Notes: generated by a model from the letters alone, not told the origin. DNA of 64,000 nucleotides from Candidatus Saccharimonadota bacterium (GCA_034520885.1 JAXHNE010000009.1:66431-130430), one strand, 5' to 3'. Counted from the stretch's first letter, positions 17,753 to 25,246 are shown. Program-made: numbers and translations.

Positions 17753-18319
17753 CTACTTTATTAGCTTTTCTTGAAGTGCTTCAAAAACAGTGTCAATTTC
17801 ACCTTCGCAGTCAAAGTTAAATGAGATAACTTTTGTAGTTGTGCTGTCTTTGCCAACAACTGCATCTTCAGGGAAGTATTCCTTGTAAGATGAGCTTGAG
17901 TATTTGCCCAAAGTAGAGGATGGCAGGTCAAAGTCCCAATTCGAAGTGTCGGTCACAAAGCTAGTTATTTGACCAATAGCCTGTTCAGCAGTTTGGTTAC
18001 CCAATCCAGACGATGAGGCCAACACAACGTTGACAGAATTAGCCATGTAACCCCCTAATCCTGCGGTATTTTTCGATGTTATTGATGCCTCAATACTCTC
18101 TATATCGCTACTGGTAGGTGCAGTGCAGTTTTCTTCAGTTTCAGTGGTTAAGTTGTTTTCATCAGATTTTGTGTCTACACTAACCTCTTCTGTTGAAGTA
18201 GTAATGTCTTCAGCATTATTCTCATTCCAAACATAGTATGCTCCGAAGCCAAGAACCAATATGGCAACTACTACTAACAAACCCTCTACTAAACTAAATC
18301 CTTTTTCATTTTTATACAT
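17753..18319 (-). CDS. prepilin-type N-terminal motif protein (pilin-like)
   Basis: MYKNEKGFSLVEGLLVVVAILVLG; start moved to ATG 18319 (track ORF extends upstream through non-coding sequence). Confidence 0.65.
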   Translation of the reverse strand: MYKNEKGFSLVEGLLVVVAILVLGFGAYYVWNENNAEDITTSTEEVSVDTKSDENNLTTETEENCTAPTSSDIESIEASITSKNTAGLGGYMANSVNVVLASSSGLGNQTAEQAIGQITSFVTDTSNWDFDLPSSTLGKYSSSSYKEYFPEDAVVGKDSTTTKVISFNFDCEGEIDTVFEALQEKLIK

Positions 18320-18455
18320 AAAAATAGTCCTATTTACATTTAGGGCTACTATAGCATACTGCTTATGCTTGGTGGCGTGTGTAAAATCGTTCGCTGGACA
18401 GCGAATGGAGCCTAAGTCCGCAAAAGAGCTTAATAAATGGAAAGCCGTTTTATCC

Positions 18456-18482
18456 GTTGCAAAAGATATGACTTGGGCTAGG
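18456..18482. repeat. 27-nt perfect repeat copy 2
   Basis: identical to 16748-16774. Confidence 0.9.
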
Positions 18483-18559
18483 GCGCAGGGCTGGAACTGG
18501 GTGATGAATGGTATATAATTAGTCTTATCAACAATAGCTGGTGGGGCTGAGGAGTAAAA

Positions 18560-19237
18560 ATGTCTAATGCGGTTCTGCCAGAAGAGCGTCAATTTGAAAT
18601 AGCAATGCACTTGCATAATGAAGGAATGTTTGGGGTGTACGAAGACCCGAACGATTTTATAACGCTTAAAAGTGAACGCGTATCACCACACTATCTAAAT
18701 CTGCGGCCAGGCATAGCAAGCACAGAAACTCGTCATATTATTGCCAGGGGCATGCTTGACCTTGCTAGTATGGATGGTAGTGAGTTTGAGCATATAGTCG
18801 GTACGCCCGAAGCATTTACTTCTTATGCTACAACCATGGCAGATATTTCCGGAACAAGTTTACTTCAACCTAGAGTAGCAAAAAAAGAAAGTGGCAATAA
18901 AGTTCCAATTCTTGGAAAATTTACTCCTGAAGACAGGGTCGCGCTATTTGATGATGTAGTGACAGACGGAAGAACAAAGATCGATACAATAAGTGGCTTG
19001 GGCGCGGCAGGTTTAAACGTAACTGGTTATTTTGTCGTAATGGATAGGCAAGAAGGAGGCGCTCCTCAAGTTGCAGAAGAAACAGGTATTAATATCCAGT
19101 CCGTTTTACGTGTAGCAAACGTAGTACGAATGCTAAGAGCTGAAAACGTATACTCAGTAACTCAGTTTGATAACGTCAGGGAGTATTTGGAGCGATACGG
19201 CGACTCTGATGCACTTGAGTCCATGGGTACAGCCTAG
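18560..19237 (+). CDS. pyrE: orotate phosphoribosyltransferase-like PRTase
   Basis: LKSERVSPHYLNLR and PRPP motif VALFDDVVTDGRTK; SD gaggag. Confidence 0.7.
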   Translation: MSNAVLPEERQFEIAMHLHNEGMFGVYEDPNDFITLKSERVSPHYLNLRPGIASTETRHIIARGMLDLASMDGSEFEHIVGTPEAFTSYATTMADISGTSLLQPRVAKKESGNKVPILGKFTPEDRVALFDDVVTDGRTKIDTISGLGAAGLNVTGYFVVMDRQEGGAPQVAEETGINIQSVLRVANVVRMLRAENVYSVTQFDNVREYLERYGDSDALESMGTA

Positions 19238-19273
19238 TTCCATTAATAAAATGAGTTAATATAAGGAGCGATA

Positions 19274-20032
19274 ATGTTAAAAGCAAATGTAGCAGAACTT
19301 TCACCAGACCAAAGAATAATAATTGCTTATGATGGTATGAGCCTTGATGAGGCTGCCACAATGCACACTGAATTTAACGAAGCTGGTTTTCATCCAGTAG
19401 CGAAAGCTAATTCACTTGCAACTCGCCCAGGGCTTGATGCAGTTATGCGTACATTTTCAAAGCTTGATTCCCAGGTTATGTTTGACCCAAAACATCACGA
19501 TACTGACAATACGATGTTTAATTACATCACAGAAGATGTAAGCGCAGAGCCCCAGCCACCTCTCATGGTTACACTTCATGCTTCTAACGGCTCAACGGCA
19601 TTAACTGAAGCAGTTCGGGGCAGGAATGAATCCGTACCAAATTCGAATACCTTAAACTTGTTAGGTATTACTGTGCTTACGAGTCTTAAAGAAGAGGTTT
19701 CAAGCATATATGGGGATGGTGAAACTGCAGAGAGTAAATTTGTTGACTTCGCCCACCGCGCACAGGAGGCTGGCTTACAGGGACTAGTTTCATCAGGAGA
19801 AGAGTTAATAAAAGGCTACGAGTACAAACAGCTAGACGGTCTCTTGAGAGTTATTCCCGGAATAAAACTTCCAGACACTGCGGACACCGCAGGACAAAAA
19901 AGACTATATACACCTGATGTTGCTATCGGTGAAGGTGCAGATTTTGTTGTTATAGGGAGAGCTATAACTAACGCGGAATCACCAGTCGCAGCACTTGAAA
20001 TCGCTACAGATTTAGTCGACAAAGCTGCCTAG
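19274..20032 (+). CDS. pyrF: orotidine 5'-phosphate decarboxylase-like
   Basis: IIIAYDG, DPKHHDTDNT, TLHASNG, VIPGI, GADFVVIGRAIT motifs; SD aaggag. Confidence 0.75.
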   Translation: MLKANVAELSPDQRIIIAYDGMSLDEAATMHTEFNEAGFHPVAKANSLATRPGLDAVMRTFSKLDSQVMFDPKHHDTDNTMFNYITEDVSAEPQPPLMVTLHASNGSTALTEAVRGRNESVPNSNTLNLLGITVLTSLKEEVSSIYGDGETAESKFVDFAHRAQEAGLQGLVSSGEELIKGYEYKQLDGLLRVIPGIKLPDTADTAGQKRLYTPDVAIGEGADFVVIGRAITNAESPVAALEIATDLVDKAA

Positions 20033-20153
20033 TAAATAAAAATGGCCTTTTCTCGGAGGTCATGGTTCTTCCGCCGGAAGGCAGGGAGGTTTGATTGGTG
20101 GTGTGCGTAAAAATATGGTGATTGGCTTGTTTTTTGGGATTGGCGAATTAAAG

Positions 20154-20723
20154 TTATGAATTTAACACTTCATCTAATAACTCAGGAAACTCGTCTGTTC
20201 CCATGCTCCTAAAAGTAAAATGCCCAAGATGAAACTCTCGGTATTTTATATTTTCAATGCTATCTCGAATTTCTTTGACGGACTTTTGTATCCCCTCTCC
20301 ATCGTTATCCGAGTGAAAAATGGTTATGCCATTCGTACGCTTGGCGAGCCCCGGATCAATTATAAAATCCCCGAAATAATGGTCATCGCTGTAGTGCCAT
20401 CCCAGTGATGGGGCAACCAAGACAACTTTACCTACAGTGATATCTTTATTATCGCTTAGATATCGCAACCAAAATTCTCCACCACGACTATGACCAACAA
20501 TAATTGTGTTTGAGTTAATATCAAAACGTTCAACTTCCTGTTTCCATAAATCCCAATCTGGGTGGAATGCATTCGGGACTTCTGGGGTTGCAGCAGCAAT
20601 ATCATTCTTTAACAACTGTGCTTGCAGCCACGCAATCCAGTGAGCATTACTCATGCTTGGGCGTTCTGGGTCGTAGTATTCTTCTTTGCCGGGTTGACCG
20701 TGCAGAATAATTGCGTTTTTCAT
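20154..20723 (-). CDS. alpha/beta serine hydrolase (YdeN/RBBP9-like)
   Basis: ILHGQPG..HW..WL, GHSRGG nucleophile elbow, LVAP. Confidence 0.7.
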   Translation of the reverse strand: MKNAIILHGQPGKEEYYDPERPSMSNAHWIAWLQAQLLKNDIAAATPEVPNAFHPDWDLWKQEVERFDINSNTIIVGHSRGGEFWLRYLSDNKDITVGKVVLVAPSLGWHYSDDHYFGDFIIDPGLAKRTNGITIFHSDNDGEGIQKSVKEIRDSIENIKYREFHLGHFTFRSMGTDEFPELLDEVLNS

Positions 20724-20831
20724 GTATGTATCATATCAGAAAAATAATAATGACCCCTGATTTAGGGGTTATATCTTTATGCTTGGTAGACGCGACTGGA
20801 TTCTCACGACCTCTGATGGCATAATCAGGGT

Positions 20832-21290
20832 ATGTTTGATAACTGTGAAGTATGCAAAGTTTTACCGCAGAACAATCCTATTTTTGAAACCGATAAATGG
20901 GTGGCGACTCTTGCGTTTGACCAAGGATATCTCGGTAGGGCATATATAACGCTCAAAGAGCACAAAGGCGACCTGAAGGATTTGAGCGAAGAAGAGTGGC
21001 TAGAATTCTCTAAAGTGCTTAAAAAGTACGAAGCTGGCGTCCGCAAGGCCTTTAATGCTGAGATGTTCAATTGGACCTGCTTAATGAATAATGCCTATCA
21101 AACACAGCCTTCTCAGCCCCATATACACTGGCATGTGAGACCTCGATATTCAACAGAGATAGAATTTAAAGGTAAAACATATAGCGACCCGGAATTTGCT
21201 CATCACTATGATCGAAACCAGAAGAATTTAGTTAATAGTGGAGTATTGGACGCTATTAACGAAGAAATAAAGAGCTGTTTGTCTGATTAG
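20832..21290 (+). CDS. HIT (histidine triad) family protein
   Basis: HIHWHVRPRY histidine triad; TGgCATAAT box ends 6 nt before ATG. Confidence 0.8.
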   Translation: MFDNCEVCKVLPQNNPIFETDKWVATLAFDQGYLGRAYITLKEHKGDLKDLSEEEWLEFSKVLKKYEAGVRKAFNAEMFNWTCLMNNAYQTQPSQPHIHWHVRPRYSTEIEFKGKTYSDPEFAHHYDRNQKNLVNSGVLDAINEEIKSCLSD

Positions 21291-21389
21291 TCGCGGTTCT
21301 ATGTACAAATCTGTAGATTTGACAGAATTCGCCCCACCGACCTACGCCCAGCAAAGCTGTGCGGGTCGGCGGTTCGAGGACTCACCAGC

Positions 21390-21429
21390 AAGATAAAAGA
21401 CCCAATCTTTCGACTGGGTCTTTTATCTT
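21390..21429. terminator. 15-bp perfect hairpin with flanking A/T runs (bidirectional terminator-like)
   Basis: aagataaaagaccca-N10-tgggtcttttatctt. Confidence 0.7.
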
Positions 21430-21537
21430 GGTAGAGCAGACAGGTCTGGAACCCCTAACAGGGGTTAATGAGACAAATGAGACACCTAAAAATGGAGTCT
21501 CAAAAACTACTGATTAACTGTCCTCAGGTTGGTATTA

Positions 21538-21546
21538 TGGTATAAT
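21538..21546 (+). promoter_or_regulatory. extended -10 promoter TGgTATAAT of the RT leader
   Basis: consensus box; 6 nt downstream begins repeat R1 (21553). Confidence 0.6.
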
Positions 21547-21552
21547 ATAATA

Positions 21553-21712
21553 GTCATCAATGGCATCGGCTCTTGCTTAATGCACCAGCCGGTAAGCAGT
21601 TTCATTACTGCGCCAATTGAGGTGGCGCTGACCTACGCTAAGATGCTGGTAGCGAACATAAAGGCATTAACCTTACTGTTTGTACTAACCTTTAACCTTA
21701 GTTGTAGTCCAC
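21553..21712 (+). repeat. RT-leader direct repeat R1 (160 nt)
   Basis: 155/160 identical to R2; mismatches at 21624, 21628, 21632, 21633, 21670. Confidence 0.95.
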
Positions 21713-21936
21713 TCCCGCTTGGAGGCACCGTTAACGGTACAACTCAAATCTCTTGGGTTAACGGATTACAAATGTTTAAAAGCGATGGAAAAGAACAGGG
21801 CGAAACTTCATTTATGATGATAATTTCACAACAATCTCAATGCTCCTGCAGTGGTTGCGCACTGGTACTCTTGCGAAAGCGAGTAAACCTAGAAAATACC
21901 AACCTAAATATGCAGATTGACATAAGTGGAAACTAT

Positions 21937-22096
21937 GTCATCAATGGCATCGGCTCTTGCTTAATGCACCAGCCGGTAAGCAGTTTCATTACTGCGCCAA
22001 TTGAGGTAGCGTTGAGTTACGCTAAGATGCTGGTAGCGAACATAAAGGCATTAGCCTTACTGTTTGTACTAACCTTTAACCTTAGTTGTAGTCCAC
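21937..22096 (+). repeat. RT-leader direct repeat R2 (160 nt)
   Basis: offset exactly 384 nt from R1. Confidence 0.95.
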
Positions 22097-22157
22097 CAAC
22101 GCCTTTGTTAATATAGCGGACCCGAAGTTGATTCGCCGAGAGACTATTTGGCATCAT

Positions 22158-23408
22158 ATGAAATTAATTGAAAAAATTTCGACCCCAGCGCAAATGAAAA
22201 AAGCCTGGAGAAAGTTATCGAAAAACCCTACTTCAAGAGGTCTAGACAGACTGACGATAGCTGAATTCGGTGGAAATTTTGATGAACATTCAAGAAGAAT
22301 AAGAAAACAGTTAAGGTCTGGTACTTATAAATTCGAGCCCTTGAAAGGTGTTGTTATTCCAAGGGCTGGTAACAAAACTCGTTTAATAAAAATATCTACA
22401 GTGAGTGATCGGCTGGTTCAGAAATCGATTCAACTTACAATTCAGTCGAAACTCCAAAAGAAGTATGAACTAAAAAACCCTGCAAGTTATGCATATCTTG
22501 AAAAGCGTGGAATTTCTGATGCAGTTGAAAAGATAAGAGAGTTTTACTCGGCTAATCAGCGTTTTGTACTTGAGGCAGACATTAAAAGCTTTTTTGATGA
22601 AGTTAATAGAGATAAACTTCTTGAAGAGATGATCTTCCCGACCTTGCCCGATGATTCCATAAATGACTTAATTAAAGATGCTATTTCTTCAGAGCTTGGA
22701 AACAAGAAAGATCTTATTGAAGCCAATAAATGGGAAAGGTATTTCCCGGATGAATTGAGCGGCATACCTCAGGGCAGTATACTTTCACCTCTTTTTTCAA
22801 ACGTATATCTAAGTTCACTTGATAAAGCGATGTTAGATAATGAGTTTAATTTAGTAAGGTATGCGGATGACTTTATTGTTCTGTGTGAATCGAAGGACAT
22901 TGCAATCGACGCCTACAAATTGGCCGTAGACACACTAAGTAAACTTGAGCTTGAAATGCACGATCTTTATGTATCGATACGGCGGAAGGCTAAGCCGGAT
23001 AAGTATAGTGAGGTCACTCACTTTACAAAAGGTTTTAATTTCATTGGGCTAAGATTTATCGGAAGCAAAATTTATCCATCCCCCAAAGCCATCAACAGAA
23101 TGAATGATGTAATGGAATCCTTTCCTGGGGAAGCTACGTTTCTTGATGACCTTCATGCAATTAATAGAAAAGTTAATACTTGGGGCTCAACCTATAGGTT
23201 TACAAACTATAATAAAAAACATATCTATGAACCTCTTAATAGAAAGCTGACTGAAGCATTCAAAAGGACTATAGACAAATATGGACTACAGCTAAAAAAA
23301 CCTAGCGACAAGTTCAGTCTTATGCAAAAAATTGGGATTAAAACTTTCGATGAATCTTACACCTACCATCAGAGCAATTATCTTAACCGGAAGAGCGACG
23401 AGAAATAG
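22158..23408 (+). CDS. reverse transcriptase, group-II-intron-like, no endonuclease domain
   Basis: RT blocks IPRAGNKTRLIKISTVSDRLVQ / ADIKSFFDEV / GIPQGSILSPLFSNVYL / RYADDFIVL / FNFIGLRF / NTWGSTYRF; alternative TTG start 22128. Confidence 0.9.
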   Translation: MKLIEKISTPAQMKKAWRKLSKNPTSRGLDRLTIAEFGGNFDEHSRRIRKQLRSGTYKFEPLKGVVIPRAGNKTRLIKISTVSDRLVQKSIQLTIQSKLQKKYELKNPASYAYLEKRGISDAVEKIREFYSANQRFVLEADIKSFFDEVNRDKLLEEMIFPTLPDDSINDLIKDAISSELGNKKDLIEANKWERYFPDELSGIPQGSILSPLFSNVYLSSLDKAMLDNEFNLVRYADDFIVLCESKDIAIDAYKLAVDTLSKLELEMHDLYVSIRRKAKPDKYSEVTHFTKGFNFIGLRFIGSKIYPSPKAINRMNDVMESFPGEATFLDDLHAINRKVNTWGSTYRFTNYNKKHIYEPLNRKLTEAFKRTIDKYGLQLKKPSDKFSLMQKIGIKTFDESYTYHQSNYLNRKSDEK

Positions 23409-23537
23409 CTTTTAGAGTTTTCTTTTAAGTACTAGTTTTTTTATTTCCTCCTCACTTTCGTGAGCGCGCTTGCCGATGTACCCCCCGCCTTCCTCTTTAG
23501 TTCTTCTGTTTATGTACTTAGTGCTCACACAAAATCA

Positions 23538-23780
23538 TCAATCATCTAAGCTATTATCGTGGTATAATTCTTCCTGCCTATCCGACAATTCATTGTCCTT
23601 TCCCTGCTGATAAATGTAGTACCACCATACAGAAATAAAACTCGCTGCAAATAATGTCCAGCCCCCATCTGTTTGACGAAGATAATAAACAAAAAACCCC
23701 AAGAGTATAATCGTTGCTAGAAGACACGACAAAGAGTTTATTCCATGCAGTCTGTCTCTGGTTTTTTTATGACTCTTCAC
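23538..23780 (-). CDS. 2-TM small membrane protein, hypothetical
   Basis: GTG start 5 nt after ggaggt SD; two hydrophobic helices; convergent with RT. Confidence 0.55.
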   Translation of the reverse strand: MKSHKKTRDRLHGINSLSCLLATIILLGFFVYYLRQTDGGWTLFAASFISVWWYYIYQQGKDNELSDRQEELYHDNSLDD

Positions 23781-24063
23781 CTGTACCTCCTAAATAAGAT
23801 AGTGTGTAGTCTTACAGCTACGCTTTTCTATACTCACTGTAAGTATACTATCATCTGTTACATAAAGTGTAGCTGGATTAAGAGATTGTATTTAGATGTG
23901 TTAATTTATGGCAGTTTGCGGGGGAAGACTTCCGCCGCCGTTTCACACCTTACAGTAATCTGATTGCAGACTACTGAAAAGTGGAAACTTTGGCGGACCT
24001 TGCTTCTCGTCCTCCCTCCGTAAAAAGAACAAAAGCCCAGGATTGAACCTGAGCTTTTCTTCT

Positions 24064-24138
24064 TGGTAGCGGGGGGAGGACTCGAACCTCCGACCTTGTG
24101 GTTATGAGCCACACGAGCTGCCGCTGCTCTACCCCGCG
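24064..24138 (-). tRNA. tRNA-Met (CAT), initiator-like
   Basis: cloverleaf read by hand; anticodon loop CTCATAA; C1xU72 mismatch and A11:U24 resemble bacterial initiator tRNA; encoded CCA. Confidence 0.85.
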
Positions 24139-24238
24139 TTATCGGCTTGTAGATAATTCTACAAAAGCAGTCTATAACGTAACAGATGAGGCGCCGGTGG
24201 TCAAGTGACAATTAAGGTATAATAAAGTCGGAGGGCGA

Positions 24239-25129
24239 ATGGCATCCAAGAAACATGTTGCCCGTGTACGTCGCGAATTAAAAGCAGCCGGTGTAACGCC
24301 ATACGGGTTTTTAAAACTGAGCACTCGTTACGTCCCCGAAGTCGTGCAGCTGGACGAGCGGATAGGTGGCGCGGTGTATGGCTGGGGAATAGTGGGCGGC
24401 TCCGCCGTGTTGATTGCGACCGATCGCCGAATTTTATTCATAGACAAAAAGCCGTTTTTTCAAACCACCGACGAACTGACGTACGATATCGTTTCCGGCG
24501 TAAAAATCCATACCGGCGGCCCGTTTTGTACGGTGATTTTGCACACCAGGCGCAACGACTACCGTTTGCGCTATGTCAACGAAGACTGTGCCCGCAACTT
24601 TGTTAAATTTATTGAACAGCGCCGCATCCACCCCGGGCGTTACGATCACCAGAGCGGGGAATTTACGCACGCGGAGCAAGAGCAAGATCAACCGGGCCAA
24701 CAAACGGCCGCCCACAGTGAAAACGCCGCGTCGTTCATTAACGCGCATCACGTAGGGATTCTTTCCACCGTGAATCATCGCCGGCCGCACGGATCTGTCG
24801 TGCAGTACATGGTGGATGAAAATGGCTACATTTACCTGGCCACCACGCCGGACAGCCGTAAAGTACAAAATGTCGTAAGTAATCCGCAGGTTTCACTCAC
24901 GGTGTTTGAGCTGGAAACGGAGATGACCGCCCGGCTGGAAGGCCACGCCAGTATCGAGCAAAACCATAACAAGATTATGGAGGTCACCAACGAACTGTAT
25001 AAACATAAAACCGCGCAGTACGAACGCTTTACGCAGAACGTGTCCATGCACCAGCAAGACCTGGTGATTATCAGGATTGATCCGTCCCGGATGGAGCTGA
25101 CCAACTACCGTAAAAAGCAAAACCATTAG
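24239..25129 (+). CDS. bacterial PH-domain / PNPOx-like fusion protein, paralog 2
   Basis: ATDRRILFIDKKPFF..DELTYDIVSG; colinear with 8276-9178; SD ggaggg. Confidence 0.7.
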   Translation: MASKKHVARVRRELKAAGVTPYGFLKLSTRYVPEVVQLDERIGGAVYGWGIVGGSAVLIATDRRILFIDKKPFFQTTDELTYDIVSGVKIHTGGPFCTVILHTRRNDYRLRYVNEDCARNFVKFIEQRRIHPGRYDHQSGEFTHAEQEQDQPGQQTAAHSENAASFINAHHVGILSTVNHRRPHGSVVQYMVDENGYIYLATTPDSRKVQNVVSNPQVSLTVFELETEMTARLEGHASIEQNHNKIMEVTNELYKHKTAQYERFTQNVSMHQQDLVIIRIDPSRMELTNYRKKQNH

Positions 25130-25139
25130 TAAAAAGTAA

Positions 25140-25167
25140 TTGACAAAAAGTAAAAATTATGTATAAT
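25140..25167 (+). promoter_or_regulatory. near-consensus promoter TTGACA-16-TATAAT
   Basis: read directly. Confidence 0.55.
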
Positions 25168-25246
25168 CGTAGGTGTTGCTAGCAAAACAAACAGTACAAA
25201 ATAAACGCCCTCATTGAGGAACAAAAACAAGAAAGGGAAGCCTCAT

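Larger units (their letters stand above)
21553..22127 (+). ncRNA. candidate RT-associated noncoding leader RNA (R1-spacer-R2)
   Basis: promoter-proximal, repeat-built, local hairpins incl. a GAAA tetraloop stem 21870-21883; the 195-aa track ORF 21529-22116 starts upstream of the predicted TSS and lacks an SD. Confidence 0.45.

Noticed and set aside
21429-21486. Minus-strand tRNA-Asn-like structure (aaccc-CTGTTAG-gggtt anticodon-arm look-alike, ending ...CTCTACCA)
   Set aside because: It is only about 58 nt, with no T arm of proper length and no matching 5' acceptor strand. I interpreted it as a decayed att/tRNA fragment.
21553-22096. Diversity-generating retroelement (the R1/R2 pair as VR/TR)
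   Set aside because: Only 1 of the 5 R1/R2 differences is at a position where the RT-proximal copy has A. The RT has QGSILSP rather than the DGR-type motif. No target gene ends in a VR.
21553-22127. Classical retron msr-msd
   Set aside because: I found no flanking a1/a2 inverted repeats around the leader. The RT motif pattern is group-II-like rather than retron-like, and no effector gene is adjacent. It remains possible only as a very atypical form.
21553-23540. Mobile group II intron (about 575 nt upstream and 130 nt downstream of an intron-like RT)
   Set aside because: The 5' end is gtcatc, not GUGYG. The upstream RNA is a 160-nt duplication rather than domains I-III. I could find no domain V-like hairpin in 23409-23540. 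This is not proven without a covariance-model scan.
23906-24211. 101-aa ORF on the minus strand
   Set aside because: It runs through the tRNA-fMet gene and its terminator, so it is not coding.
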